Shown one piece after another: positions 35,707 through 49,716 of a stretch of 64,000 nucleotides of DNA. The translations under genes and the position numbers were made by a program. How positions within the stretch are numbered: position 1 is the stretch's first letter; each line of letters opens with the position of its first letter. Under the pieces are notes generated by a model. That model saw nothing but the letters and a program-made list of their open reading frames with translations. It searched no databases and was not told the origin of the DNA. Source of the stretch: Isurus oxyrinchus (taxonomy: Eukaryota); NCBI GenBank assembly GCA_026770705.1, contig JANJGN010000301.1:124001-188000 (forward strand), given 5' to 3'.

Positions 35707-37660
35707 ACATAAGACCATAAGACCATAGGTGCAGAAATTAGGCCATTCGGCCCATCGAGTCTGCACCGCCATTCAATCATGGCGGATAACTTTCTCCACC
35801 CCATTTTCCCGCCTTCTCCCCGTAACCTTTGATCCCCTGACCAACCAAGAACCTATCTATCTCGGTCTTAAATACACTCAAAGGCCTGGCCTCCACAGCC
35901 GTCTGTGGCAATGAACTCCATAGATTCACCATTCTCTGGCTAAAGAAGTTTCTCCTCAACTCTGTTCTAAAAGGTCTTCCCTTTACTCTGAGTCTGTGCC
36001 CTCGGGTCCTAGACTCTGCTACCAATGGAAACATCTTCCCAATGTCCAATCTATCTAGGTCTTTCAGTATTCTGTAAGTTTCACTCAGAGCCCCGTCATC
36101 CTTCTAAACTCCATCGAATAAAGACACAGAGTCCTCAAACTTTCCTCAAATGTTAAGCCTTCCATTCCTGGGATCATTGTCATGAACATCCTCTGGACCC
36201 TCTCCAGGGCCAGAACATCCTTCCTGAGATACGGGGCCCAAAATTGCTCACAATATCCTAAATGTGGTCTGACCAGAGTCTTATAAAGCCTCAGCAGCAC
36301 ATCCCTGCTTTTATATTCTAGTCTTCTGGAAATAAATGCCAACATTGCATTTGCCTTCCTAACTACCCACTCAACCTGAAAATTAACCTTAAGGGAATCC
36401 TGGACTCGAACTCCCAAGTCCCTTTGCACTCAAGAATTCTGAATTCTCTCCCCATCTAGAAAATGGTCTATGCCTCTATTCTTCCTACCAAAGTGCATAA
36501 CCTCACATTTCCCCACGTTGTATTCCATCTGCCACTTCTTTGCCCATTCTCCTAACCTTTCTAAATACTTCCACAGACTCCCTGCCTCCTCAGTACTACC
36601 TGTCTCTCCACCTATCTTTGCATCATCTGCAAACTTAGTCAGGATGCCTTCAGTTCCTTCATCTAGATCATTAATGTATAAAGTGAAAACGTCTGGTTCC
36701 AACACTGACCCCTGCGGAACTCCACTAGACACCGGCCGCCATACTGAGAAGGATCCCCTTATCCCCACTCTCTGCCTCCTGCCAGACAGCCAATCTTCTA
36801 TCCATGTTAGTACCTTGCATCTAACACCATGGGTTCTTATCCTACTGAGCAGCCTCCTGTGTGGCGCCTTATCAAAGGCTTTCTGGAAGTCCAAGTAGAT
36901 AACATCCATTGGCTCTCCTTTGTCTAACCTACTCGTTATCTCCTCAAATAATTCTAACAGATTTGTCAGGCATGACCTCCCCTTGATGAAACAATGCTGA
37001 CTTTGCCCTATTTTACCATGCACTTCCAAGTATTCTGAAATCTCATCCTTAATAATGGACTCTAAAATCTTAACAACGACCGAGGTCAGGCTAAATGGCC
37101 TGTAATTTCCCTTCTTTTTCCTCACTCCCTTCTTAAACAGGGGGGTCACCTTAGCGATATTCCAGGTCTCTGGGACCCTCCCTGACTCCAGTGATTCCTG
37201 AAAGATCACCACTAAAGCTTCAACTATCTCTTCAGATATCTCCTTCAGATCTCTGGGGTGTAATCCATCTGGTAAAGGCGATTTATCTACCTTCAGACCT
37301 TTCAGTTTTCCTAGCACCTTCTCCTTGGTAATGGTTAGCATACTCACCTCTGCCCACCTGGCTCTCTTGAACTTTGGGGATATTACTCGTGTCTTCCACT
37401 GTGAAGACTAACGCAAAGCACCTATTCAGTTCATCTGCTATTTCTTTGGTCCCCACTCCTTATTCTCCAGCGTCATATTCCCGCGGCCCAATGACCTATT
37501 TGCCTCTCTATTCCCCTTTATATATCTAAAAAGAAACTCTTGCAATCTTCTTTTATCTTACTGGCTAGTTTACCCTCATATTTAATCTTCTCCCTCCTTA
37601 TTCCTTTTTTAGTTGTCCTCTGTTGGTGTTTGTAGGCTTCCCAATCCCTTGGTTTCCTAC
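35707..37660 (-). mobile_element. 5'-truncated CR1 LINE (RT domain), same family as 20060-23801
   Basis: ORF 36430-37347 with YLDFQKAFD, GVPQGSVL, KFADD; (ataagacc)n tail. Confidence 0.95.
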
Positions 37661-38169
37661 AGCTCACAATGCAACATCGAGATATGTTTCAGGAGTAATG
37701 AATAACTGCTAATTACATTCTGAGTGACTGAGGGAGGAATATCACATGGACAATTTTAAGCGAACTCTTGTGGAAGAAGAGGGAGAGGGAACCACGGAGA
37801 ATTGACTTCAAATGTGGAACACAAAAATGTAATATATTTCATTATTTCAAAAAAATAGGAGCAGTCCTTCATTTTCCCTATTCTTCTTGGCGAGGAGAAA
37901 CACTTTACTTTGGAAATATCTTCCTGTCATCCGCCCCAAACCCTTTGCAGCCTCTTGATAGTATAAAGTACAACATAACACTGCATTATGGGAAAGCTTG
38001 GAAACATTATACCTTCTCCTTGATAATGTCTGTTTGGGCCCTAGTGGTTAGAGAGGGTTCCTGTCCCGACCCTGATCTGTAACTCCGGAACCATTCCCGC
38101 TACAAGGATACTGAGTGCAACCCAGGTCAGGGCGCTCGGGTTACTCTCTGCTCTCTCAGCACCTGCCGG

Positions 38170-38260
38170 TCTCGCCACACCACAGGGGACACAGGAAGTG
38201 AGGAGTAAACATCCTGTGACAAGACAACACGTTACTGAGGGCGGGGATTAGAAAGAGTGT
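38170..38260 (+). promoter_or_regulatory. Family A V promoter (RUNX-like ACCACA, ETS CAGGAAGT, GC box, TATA-like)
   Basis: Conserved at about 30980 and 54510. Confidence 0.55.
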
Positions 38261-38302
38261 CTTCAGATATCGAGCAGCCCTTTGACAGGGCGGACAGCGA
38301 CA

Positions 38303-38783
38303 ATGGGGCTACTCAGAATTTGGGTTGTGTGAACAGCAATTCTGACAGGTAATCGTGAAGGGAACATATTTCGTCTTTTCTGTCATTTCCCAGGCATGGC
38401 TTCAATCAGATTTCAATCACCTGTCGGTCTTAACATTTCTGTTTTACTTTTTTTCCAGACGGGACTCATGGACTCTGATCAGATGTTAGGAGAGAAGGAG
38501 AAGAGCTGACTTTAAACTGAAACTATGAATCTACAAGGAGCGCCTATAGGTTTTACTGGTACCCAAAACATGCAGCTACACAGCCCCAGTTTGTAATGAT
38601 CAAACATACTAATAACAATGAAGAAAAGACATAATTTGCGAAAAGTCGTTTCTCTGTGGAGCTCCAGATCTCCACTAAATTCACCAGTTTAATGATCTCG
38701 CGTCTGCAGCTGACAGACGCTGCCCTCTATTACTGCGCTCTCAAGACTCACATGAAAACCAATCTCGCCCCTGTACAAAAACT
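38303..38783 (+). pseudogene. Family A V pseudogene with damaged RSS
   Basis: Stop in leader; stops and frameshifts in exon 38459-38748; heptamer deletion. Confidence 0.9.
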
Positions 38784-40682
38784 GAATTTGCACTGTTAGT
38801 GGGAGCTCCTGTTTGTTGGGGTTTGTGCAGAGTAGCGGGTAGATGCAGCTACAATGCACAGCGGCGCTGTCAGCCGCACAGATACACACAGCGATAGGAA
38901 AGCGCCTTCTCCTCGGGTCAACTGTCACCCAACTGTTGCTAGGAGGGGCCAGGAAGATCAAACAAACTGCAGAATCCAATCGGCCAGACAGACATGGAAG
39001 GGAACCAAATGTGAAGGCACGCGGTCTAATCCTCACTGGTTGTTCCATATCACCAGTTTTGTTCAGCGACAAGCTTGATACCGAGATCAAGGCAGACAAA
39101 AACTGGCACGTCTATTTATCCCGCAGTTACATTACTGCCGCTGCCTTTGTCCAAATTAACAGGCGAGCGGCTTTGGAAATGTTTGGATTTATCTGCATTC
39201 CGCATTTTTATGCTTAATATAAACCTGGAATATTCATGTGCCGGCAGAGGTGATTAAAGCTCAGGATTGGAATTACTATAGCTGAAAAATTACCGGGAAA
39301 GAGACCCGCACCGAGAATTCCATTTAGCGCTCACAGGGGTAAAGACAAACAGTACAAGTGATTCAACTTCCAGAGTCAGAGTAACAGGGTCCTTGTTCAC
39401 GAGACAACAGAACAAAGTTCTCAACGTAAATACACGAGGTGCATCAGCACAAATATATTACCTGACATTTTCCACTTCCGTGTCTAGTGCAAATCAACTT
39501 CACAAATTCATCTGTGGCATCTGAGCTCATCTAATCTCCGTGGATACCCGTTGCATGCTTGATGGTCTCATTTTCTCCCCCGAACCCACACTTTATACAC
39601 AATCCTAAACACCACTTATTCTAGTCCTTAATGTGGCTATGCAAACTCTTTCTTTCTGATCTGATTATCAGTCAACAGAGCTTCCTTAAAGAGAAACTGC
39701 AGACAGGCGATTGAACACTCACATAATTTCTCACACCCTGCCCACCTCAACTAATCATTCCGCAGAACAGGCAGCCGATATGAATTTTCCTTCAATGGAT
39801 CAGAACCTGGACTATAAATAAAATGTTATTTCTCCGGCAATTGTCAACGAATTGAGGGCACATACCACAAATACATCGGAAAACAGTCATCACTCGGATG
39901 CCTTCATCATACCGAAGGCATTCCATCCAATATTAGGCAATGGTCAGGGCAGCTGAACTCCGGGTCGGGAAGATAGAGAAAAATATAAATGATCTGAACA
40001 GCAGACACACACTGATATCTGATATCACAGAATAACAGAAATGTTATGGTGTACAAGGAGGCCATTCGTCCTATCGTGTCTGCACCCGCTCGCTGAGCAT
40101 TTTAGCTTCGTGCCAATCTGCTGCCTTTTCCCCGTAACCTTGCAAATTGCTTGTATTTAAAATCATCCAAGGCCCTCTTGAATGCCTCAATTGAATCTGC
40201 CTCCACCGCACTTCCAGGCAGTGCATTCCAAACCCCAACTGCTAGCTCTGTGAAAAAGTGATTTTCTCACCTCGCATCAGCTACGTCTTTGCTGGAAGCC
40301 AAAGTTAAAAAAGGAAAAAATATAAACTGACACCGTCCTGCATTTGGTTTCTTTTCATGAATCGCAATCCTTTGCTAATTAATGTAAAAGCTGTGAGGGC
40401 CGACTTTCATGCCCAGATTTCGCTCCGTTCCTATTATCTAGAACCCGCCCTATCCCTCGCCAAGGGGGTTTTGAACCAGCTCCACGGGCAATGCTCCCAG
40501 GAGCTCTACACAGAGGTATGATGAATAACCGAAAAGCGCCAATGCGGTTCCCCTTCGGTTCTGTCCCAATCCAGATTTAGAAATCGTCCAACTATGTGAG
40601 CTTGAATGTGCAACTCCAGCAGGAGAACTGCTAAGATAGGATTTTAACAACCGGCTTTATTCATTCCTTAAGGCAACCTTTG

Positions 40683-40710
40683 CACAGAGTTTCAAATGTT
40701 TACAAAGATC
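40683..40710 (+). other. 12-spacer RSS-like signal after a V ghost
   Basis: CACAGAG, 12 nt, ACAAAGATC. Confidence 0.5.
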
Positions 40711-41040
40711 CGGAGCCCAAGTTTTTGCCTTTGGAGAATCAGTGCCGCAAAGTTATTGTGTTCTGCTCACTTCCCACCACAAGGAGTGAAGGAAATTCCT
40801 GGCGTTTTTACAAATGACATGATACGATGGGAACCGATGGAGAAAGGAGCACGGGTCAAAAATGACATCCTTATGTCACGAGAACAAAGTATTTCCAACC
40901 AATCCAAGAGTAACAAAACCACGTGACAGAAACATGATCTCTGGTTGTTACATTAACCGACTATTGACTTCGTTCAGACGCTCCGTGCTCTGCTGATGTG
41001 AGCTCTGCTTCCTTTTCTTACTGATACTTTAATTGCAAGG

Positions 41041-41510
41041 ATGCATTTCGCGGTACAAATGAATCTACTCCCCATCATTCTGGTGTTACTACCTTGTAAT
41101 TGTAAGTCTACAGTAACCTGTAGAGAGTGTCTATTTATACACACGTTGCTTCAATATTTCGTTGTCTGAATATTTTTACAGGTCGATGTTGCTCGGAACA
41201 GGTGTCCCAGTTTCCCACTGCGAAAACAGTCCAGAGCGGGGATTCGGTGCTGATAAACTGCACTGATGACATGTCCAGCTTCAACGGAATGCACTGGTAC
41301 AAACAGAAATCCGGTCAGGGTCTGGGAAGGATAACAGGCAGATTCTTGGCTGGCAAAGTGATGAAGGGCCGATTCGATTTGGAACTTTCCCCTGAGGACA
41401 AACGGGGCCAATTGGTTATTGAGAAGACGGAGAGCGCGGATAGCGCTGTGTATTACTATCCCATAAAACCCCAAGCTGAGAGGAAAGGCTGCAGTCACTG
41501 TACAAAAACC
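41041..41510 (+). pseudogene. Family B V (open frame; second Cys>Tyr; heptamer CAAGCTG)
   Basis: Leader 41041-41095 MHFAVQMNLLPIILVLLP. Exon 41182-41471 ends AVYYYPIK. 23-nt spacer, ACAAAAACC. Confidence 0.88.
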
Positions 41511-43373
41511 TCCCTCCTGTTTACAGCCCCGGGACTGCTGCAGCGACCTCTCTAATAGCGCAAGACGGATATAAAGGCATGACGGGTCAGAACGAGCGCA
41601 GCATACGGGGGCTGTGAGCGGGGTGCCGCTAGCTTTATAAAACCCTTCAGGTAGCGACTTTGATCAGAGGTTGTGACAGTCACAGCATAAAGTATGCGAC
41701 ATGAGAAACAGTCATTCATTGAGCGCGGTCTTCTTTGTGAGTAAATCTTAAGCGTTGATTAATTGTAGGGTTATAATCCGCTGAGTCGATTCGGACATTT
41801 TATTGAATATGTGTGCAAGTGATTCTGCCGTGTGACGGCTCATCGGAAATTTAAACAGTGATAATTCTTGAGTCTGTCAATCTTCAGTGCGGGAAATTAT
41901 CTGCCAGGTCATACAAGCATGCGGACAAGGGGCAGGAGTAGGGAATTCAGCCCCTCGAGCCTGCTCCGCAATTTAATAAATTCTTGGCTGATCCGATTAT
42001 AATCTGAAATAGGCTTCCCAACTACCTCCGATAACCTTTCACCCCCTCCCTTACCAAGAATCTATCCACAACTGCCATAAAAATATACAAAGACTCTGCC
42101 TCCACCGCCTTTTCAGCAAAGAGAGTTCCAAAAACTCATGACCCTCTGAGTGAAAAAAGAACTCGCATCATCTCTGCTTCAAATCAGGTCCCTGGTTCAC
42201 GGTACTGCTGATCTATCCAAATGCAAGAACAGACAAAGGGGAAGCAATACCTCCAAGAGCAAAATCGGGTCAGAGGAGAGGAACAAACGGAAGCTGTGGC
42301 CGGAGGTGCAGCAGATTGAAACCTGCTAAAAGTGCGCGGCGGTGATAAGCTGCAGCCGGAAATGATGGTGCGGAAATAACGACGGTTGAAACTCCAGAAG
42401 CCTGCGAGCATCCTGCATTTGTTCACTTATCAAGTGAATGAGAATAAATCATGCGGGAGCGGCAGTAAGCGAGCAGACTCACAGAAACTTACGAAACTGA
42501 ATGAGGACTCCGCTTACTGTATCTGTGTCTATTTGAAAGACCCACCCCAATCGCCTTTCACACCTCACATTTTCCACCTTGTCTTTTTTTTTCAACTTAT
42601 AACAATTCCGTATTGAAATTTACGATTGAATCTTCTACCCCATCATTTCAAACATGGTGTTTCAGATGGTAACACATACAATGTAATAAATAAAACAGAT
42701 TTTCCCCTCTCTATTGTTTTGGTGGAATCGAAATGATTTGGTGATTGAATCAGCTCATAATGGAAGCAATTGCGACCTAACCTGTCATAATGACATACTT
42801 CAAATCAGTTGAGTGTCTTTTCTACCACCTTTGTTACGAGGGCAAGAATCCAAGTTTCCCTTGCCTGTTCGAGTAAACCTTCCTCATCTCTGGTGCCATT
42901 CTGGTGTACAGCGTCCGCACTTTCTCCAAAATCTTCAGATTACTTCTACTCGTCGCGCCCGGGTTTTGGGCGGAGAAATCCAGCGACGATTTCTACAGAT
43001 TTAACATTGCGCTCCGACATAAACATCAGCAGCAACAAAGGCTGCGTCTAAACAGCTCCAATTTAGGCTTCTGGGGAACATTCGTGTTTTGATGTGCGTT
43101 TCAATAAACCCTGAATCCTCTCAACGGCCGCATCGAACACGAATTTAACCGAATTCACCAGCGGAGGACGCCAAGTTCAAGCATAGGCTTCATTAAGTCA
43201 CGTGGTGGAGACGCCAAAGCCAATAAGGATAGTTTTCTGAGTAAGGTAACAATGGGCCTGGCCCCCTGCAGTATGTGGATGGAACGATGAGCTGAACAGA
43301 GCCCGGGTTTCCTCTCTCCTCTTTAACCTCTGGCACATTCCAATTGCATTCGCTGAGACTGAGTCAGTCAGAC

Positions 43374-43936
43374 ATATTTCTGATAATACTGGCGGCGCTG
43401 TTGAACAGTAAATACTGGATTAAGTTCATCAAAGCAGATCAGTAGAATAAGGTACAGAGGTTGCGATAATATTTGAAAGAATTGAAACAATTCACGATCA
43501 GAAATATCCATATAATGGGCAGCTAGGTAGATAGGTGGCTCCACAAGCTCACACAGGTACAAACAAATTTAGATCAACACTGTTTAAACCGCTTGATATT
43601 ACTTTCTTCTACCTCACAGGTGGACTGTGCGCTTATCCAATAACTCAGTCCCCGGTCGCAATAACGGTGTCAGAAGGGGCTTCAGTGTAGTTAGACAGTG
43701 AATATACAGAGTGGAATATACACTACATGCAATGGTATCGGCAACAAACGGCACAATCACCAAGATTGATTATTGCCAATGTCTTATCACTGAAGAAAGA
43801 TGACATTTCAGGACGATATCTGGCGAATGCTGACAAGTCTGAAAAGAACGGTTACCTCAATATAAGCGAACTGCGTGTGTATTACTGAGCAGTGAGGCAC
43901 AAATTCAGATCACAGCTAGAACGCAGTACAAAAAAG
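43374..43936 (+). pseudogene. Family F V pseudogene with 23-RSS (43898-43936)
   Basis: ATG>ATA, in-frame TAG, C>S, FR3 deletion, YY*. Confidence 0.9.
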
Positions 43937-44729
43937 TCAGCGAGCATTTACAGTTCCAGTAAGCTTAGTTTTGTGCTTTTGTCGGCGGGAACAGCTTGAT
44001 CCCGGGTTCCAGGGAAGCAAAAGAGGCAGGTCTATTTCATGCAGTTTCGTTGCTCTATTCAGCCTTCTCCAAATCCATAAAGAATAAATTGGGATTTATT
44101 TTTATTTATTCGTGGGATGTGGGGTCCAATGGATAGGCCAGTACTGGCTGCCCATCCCTAAATTGCCTTTGTACAGAGGGCATTTAAGTGCTAACCACAT
44201 TGCGGCCACCTGGAGTCACATGCATGCCAGGCCAGGTAAAGACGGCAGATTTCCTTCCCTAAAGGGAATTTGTGAACCAGATGGGTTTTTACGACAATCG
44301 ACAATGACTTCATGGTTATCATTAGACTGCAAATTGAAATTAAATTCCGCCATGTACCGTGGCGGGATTCTAACTCGGGCCCGCACAGAATTAACATGGT
44401 GATCTCCAGATCACTAGTCCAGCGGCAATGCAACCGTCGCCATCCCTTTCAAACAGGTATACTTATCTCCATGCCGCCATTTATAGGGTAAATAGCTGCA
44501 AGTTTATCCGAAATATCGATTTGCCTACAGAGGTAATGAAAACTCTCAGAAGTGGAGTCCCTCTAACTAATAATTATGGGCTTTTCTCAGAGAACCATTA
44601 ACTCAGGTGGGCCCAGGGTGGATTGGCGGATGGGTGGATTCGTCTGTTTATTCTACCTACTTTCACAAGCACTTCATTTAATTTCCCTTGTATATATCAT
44701 TATGTTAATTACATTCTTGTTTTGACAGC

Positions 44730-45046
44730 TACTCCTTGTCATTGGGAGAAAAAAATCAGATATTGATTTATCGGGAACGCAATGACAACCATTTTGCCTC
44801 AACATAACTACTTTTGCTGTAAATGAGCTTACATTCCTGTACCGGCAATTCTCCAATTTAGCTGCCGAGCATCTCGTCCCCATATTCAGTAATGAAAGAG
44901 TTGAGGAAAGAGTTAAATTACCTATGGACCGTGAAAAAGGCTGTACTACTCTCATCGTTCACTCGGTTCAGTTCTCAGATGCTGCGGTGCAGTACAATGC
45001 CGTTAAACACTGGGAGGCAAGGAGGTGAGGAGGCTGTACTGGAACT
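44730..45046 (+). pseudogene. Decayed V with RSS relic
   Basis: FLYRQFSNLAAEHL...DREKGCTTLIVHSVQFSDAAVQYNAVK; CACTGGG, 23 nt, ACTGGAACT. Confidence 0.7.
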
Positions 45047-45204
45047 AATTCGACATGGGGACTGGGAAGACAATTAGCACATTGGCCTTATAAGCGACAG
45101 CGATTCTGCAAAAAAGAAATTGATCATACGAGTAATTAAATGGAATGAAAATATTTTTATTATTTATAATGATATAACATACAGATGAACACTGTACAAA
45201 AAAT

Positions 45205-45560
45205 GATACATGGAAAGGATCTTTCCTCTTGTAGGCGAATCTAGAACTACGGATCACTGTTTCAAAATAAGGGGTCTCCCATATAAGGGGTCTCCCATTT
45301 AAAACAGAGATGAGAAGACATTTTTTTTCTCTCAGAAAGTAGTGAGTCTTTGAATCTCCCTTCCTCAAAGGGCAGGAGAAGCAGAGACTTCGAATGTTTT
45401 CAAGGCAGAGGTAGATCGGCTTTTGATAAACAAGGGAGTAAAACGTAACAGGGGGTAGGTGGGAGTTTACAATCAGATCAGCCTTGACCTTATTTAATGG
45501 CGGAGCAGGCCTCAAGGGCCGACAGGCCGACTGCAGCTCCTATTTCCCATGATCGTATAT
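45205..45560 (+). mobile_element. CR1 3' fragment
   Basis: Homologous to 23450-23790. Confidence 0.8.
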
Positions 45561-45928
45561 ACTTGGCATCCTGAAATTTGATTGACATCGTTATTTGATG
45601 ATTAGGGTGCACTCAAGCCTTACATTCTTCGGAAATGAACAATCAAAACCTCATCGGTTCCGGATTTATGAATTTATGAGCAAGAAAGTAATCTATGCAA
45701 ATGAACACGCCCTTCTTAATGACCTAGGCACGTAGGAAAGCAAGCAAATAATCTAGGAAGGAATATTAATTAGTAAAGGTAGCAGGAGAAAAACAATGAA
45801 AAGAGAGAAATTGCAGTAAGAATAAAACCAAAGCCATAAACAACATAATAATGTGGCAGAATAATGATGCAGCAATATCATGAAGCAATATTCGAGAATA
45901 CATTGAAAGCCGTTGCTTTACAGACAAG

Positions 45929-45947
45929 GTTCCACTAGATGGCGCTC
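45929..45947 (+). promoter_or_regulatory. CTCF motif
   Basis: GTTCCACTAGATGGCGCTC. Confidence 0.75.
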
Positions 45948-47164
45948 CATAACCTTATCTTTGGAGAAAACTTACCAAGTTCACTGCTCTGACGGGTGAC
46001 AGCTGCGGATTACAGGAAATATTCTGGCACCGTGACACGTTACTGTAAACAATAGTGTACATAGGGCAAGAATCTATCGGTGAATTACACAACAGATTTA
46101 GAGACTGAGCCCTATAAATCATTATATTCCATGGTCCAATGTCACTGCGTAGTCCGAAGTAATAGTTTATCACAATGAGAGAGAGAGAGAGAGAGAGAGA
46201 CACTCAGAGAGAGATAGAGAAATAGAGACAGAGGGACAGACAGAGAAAGGCCAATCCAGCTTTTCGTGCCGAAATGTTTTGGTTACTGGTGGACGCAACT
46301 TCAAAGTATCTGGAAAGTACATGGACTCCAAAATTCACAAGGGTCAGAGTGACAATCCTTCCTGACAGAGAATTAAACATTTGTACTGTCACCTGTGTAA
46401 ATAATATTATTAACACCACAACATTGACTACATTGGAAACATGCTCCCTTGGGTTGGACATCTTGAGTCTGTGAAAGGCGATTTCTCTTTCCGAGTGAGA
46501 TTTGATTCCAGGGGTAAAATTTAATGGCCCCCTGTTTCCAGGGGGAGCGGTACTTTTTTCCTTCACTTTTTTTCAATCCTTTTTCCGGGATTGTGTTGAT
46601 CACGCCCTGGGATTACCTGGATTCTGGCTTCAGTCTGTTCACAGATAATGTCCGCTCAACGGGACACCCGTAATCTGTCGGAAACAACAATCTGGGAATT
46701 TACTGAGGAGCCCCTGGCTTCCTGATCAGGGAGGGCCAGTGATCGAGGCTCCGAGAGGCCACTCCGCGCCATATGTCAGTCAACAGCCTGATCACCATTA
46801 TGAAATATTTGTACTCATTTACCTGAGGGTGTATAGTTTTACTATGTAGTCATTTGCAGAATGGTGCACATGCATAATAACACAAAGACCATTCTGCAAA
46901 CACTACTTGTCAGTTATTCGCCCGATCCCCTCTGAAGAAGATGTTTCATGATTCTGCCCCTATCTAGGGTACTGACCCACAGGATCTATACTGATACTTC
47001 AGCTTAGTCCTCAGAGGATGGTGCACCATCAGAGGGGCCCGCTTTCGGTTGAGATGTAAAACCGAGAACACCAGCTACTTGGACACGAGCACCATTTTGA
47101 AGGAGAGAAGGGGAATTGGCCTGGATAATATTTCTCCACCAATCACTGTCACTGAAATGGCTGT

Positions 47165-48170
47165 GGTTGTTTAAGGTCAACTATCTGAGTTCGATGGCAT
47201 CACTGCAGGAGCTCCTCAGCGTAGTGTCCTAGGCTAAAACATCTTCAGTTGTTTCATCAATGACCTTCTTTCCATCATAAGGTCAGAAGTGGAGATATTT
47301 TGCGGATAACTGCACAGTGTTCAGCACCATTTACGAATCCTTAGGTACTGAGGCAGTCCATGTCCAAATGCAGCGAGATCTGGACCACACCTAGGCTTGG
47401 GCTGACAAGTGGCAAATAACATTCACACAACACAAGCACAGGCAATAACCATCTCCAACATAGCCCCTTGATATTCAATGTCATTACCACCACTGAATCC
47501 TCCACTATCAACAATCTTGGGGTGGCCATTGACAAGGAACTGAATTGGTCTAGGCAAATGAATACTGTGGCTACAAGAGCAGGGCACAGGTTAGGAATCC
47601 TCTGCCGAAAGACAAATCTCCTTCCTCCCCCAACCTGTCCACCATCTGCAAGGCACAAGTAAGGAGTTGGATGGAACATTCTCCAGTTGTCTGGATGAGT
47701 ACAGCTCCCACAACACCCAAGAAGCTCGACACCATCCAAGACAAAGCAGCCTACTTGAATGGCACCACATCCACAAACATTCACTCCCTCCACCACCGAC
47801 ACACAGTATCATCAGTGTGTACCATCTACAAGATGCACTGTAGGAATTCACGAAGGCTCCTTAGGGAGTTCCATCCAAACCCTCAGCCACTGCGACCAAG
47901 AAGGGCAAGTGCAACAGACATGAGGGAACACCACCTATAAATTTCCCTTCAAGCCGCTCACCATCCTGACTTTGAAATATATCGCCATCACTTCACTGTC
48001 TCTAGGTCAAAACCCTGGATCGCCCTCCTTAACAACACAGGGTATACCTACAAAACATGGACTGCAGCGGTTCAAGGAGGGGAATCACCATCACCATCTC
48101 AAAGGCAATAAGGAATGGACAATACAAACTCCTGAGCAAGCAGTGCCCATATCCCATGAATGAATTAAAA
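47165..48170 (+). mobile_element. LINE RT C-terminus + 3'UTR (second family)
   Basis: GAPQRSVLG, FADNC, INNLGVAIDKELNW, KLDTIQDKA. Confidence 0.85.
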
Positions 48171-48485
48171 CATAACCAGGCAGTCCATTAATTATTACAG
48201 ATTGGAAGATCATGCGGGGGTCAAATTGGCTGCTCCATTTCCTACATTACGTTAGAACAGTGACAGTGAAACACGGTGGACATCATGAAAGACGTTATAG
48301 AAGTATTCTACTTTCATTCGCTAAACTTCCCTCCTACGGATAGTTTAATAATATATTTATTAAGGATAAAGGATGTTAAAATAAATTATATTAAAATTAA
48401 AATTGTGAGATATCACCATTTTCAGTGATGATTCAGACTCATCACTGATCACAATGATTGCTAAGGCGTTGCTATGATGAGCGAC

Positions 48486-48785
48486 AGTTTTTGTAGAGGT
48501 TCGGCCCAGTTTGGTGTTTTTGTGGGCCTCAGTGCGCTGTGATACACCACAGAGTCTCAGTTCTGTTTTAGAAACATTCAGGGGGACGGTGTCCTTCACA
48601 TAATCAGAATCCATTGCAAAACGGTCCCCCGGGAACCGCTCTGTGTTCTCGCTGTATCTATGCCTCCGCTGCAGATACTCCATGGAGCTGCTAGCATGCT
48701 GAGGGTACCAGAATATCTCAGGGTTGCTGCTTGTCGTTGTATAATTACAATCCAACTGTACACTGTCTCCTTCGCTCACGGTGAT
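48486..48785 (-). pseudogene. 5'-truncated family D-like V with 23-RSS (48524-48486)
   Basis: SEGDSVQLDCNYTT...IFWYPQH...DTVPLNV, frameshift before the YYC equivalent; CACAAAA, 23 nt, ACAAAAACT. Confidence 0.85.
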
Positions 48786-48894
48786 GATGTTGCTTCAGAA
48801 GATGAAATGATAGTCATGATAATAATGATAAGTAATCCCGATACAGTCATAGAATCCCAGCGCAGTTACAACACAGAATGAGGCCTTTCACCCC

Positions 48895-49270
48895 TGCATT
48901 TTGATAGGAAAAACATGGAGAGACAATTCAAAATAAAAGTACAAGAGCAAGGAGATTATGCTGAGTTTTAATAAGACACTAATTTGACGTCAGCTGGAAT
49001 ATTGGGCACAGTTCTGGAGGCCACACTATAGGAAGGATGTGAACGTATTGGAGACAGTGCGGAAGAGGTTTAGAAGAATGGTTCCAGGGATGAGAAAAGT
49101 TAACCATGAAGATAGATTGACGAGATTGGGACTGTTCTCATTAGAGAGGAGAAGGCCAAGAGAAGATTTGAAAGAGGTGTTCAAAATGGTGAGGGGACTG
49201 GACATAGTAAATAAGGAGAAATGGTTCCCATTCGTAAATGGATTAAGGGCGAGAGGGCATAGATTTGAAG
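48895..49270 (+). mobile_element. CR1 fragment
   Basis: LETVRKRFRRMVPG...LGLFSLERRR. Confidence 0.85.
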
Positions 49271-49716
49271 TGCGAGTGCTGGAAGACACGGCAGCGTTTG
49301 TCAGTGACAGACTCGTAATGGTTAGGATGGTGGATTCAGCCACTGCCTGAATCTCGGTAGAGAATCGTGTTTTAGCAGGATCTGTTTTGCAATCATGACC
49401 CTATGCAACCGTCCACGGGATGAAGTCAGGCTGCGTGTCTGGCTCATTCAGCTGCCGGAATAATATCCAGACTGTCAATGCAGAGTCCTGGTGCAGTTTA
49501 AAGTTACCCCTTCTCCTCCTGTCTAGATGTGAGCGGCCAGCGGCTGTAGAAGTTGTTAAGACGCGGTAGTAGAGAGCGGCCATTCGGCCCATCAATGAGC
49601 ATTATGACTCAGTGCTATTACCCACGTTCCTACTGTCCCTCTGATTAGAATGTGCTGAATCAGTAAATACCTGTCAGAAATGTTGCCCACACAATCCAGA
49701 TTCTGAGTAACCGCAT
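49270..49716 (-). pseudogene. Family A V pseudogene lacking RSS
   Basis: Leader MRLLRIWIVWATFLT (49716-49671); VTLNC, PDTQPDFI, TILTITSLSLTNAAV. Confidence 0.8.

Noticed and set aside
46274-46420. MFWLLVDATSKYLE... resembling a Gypsy integrase motif or a V CDR2-FR3
   Set aside because: Too short and ambiguous to call either way
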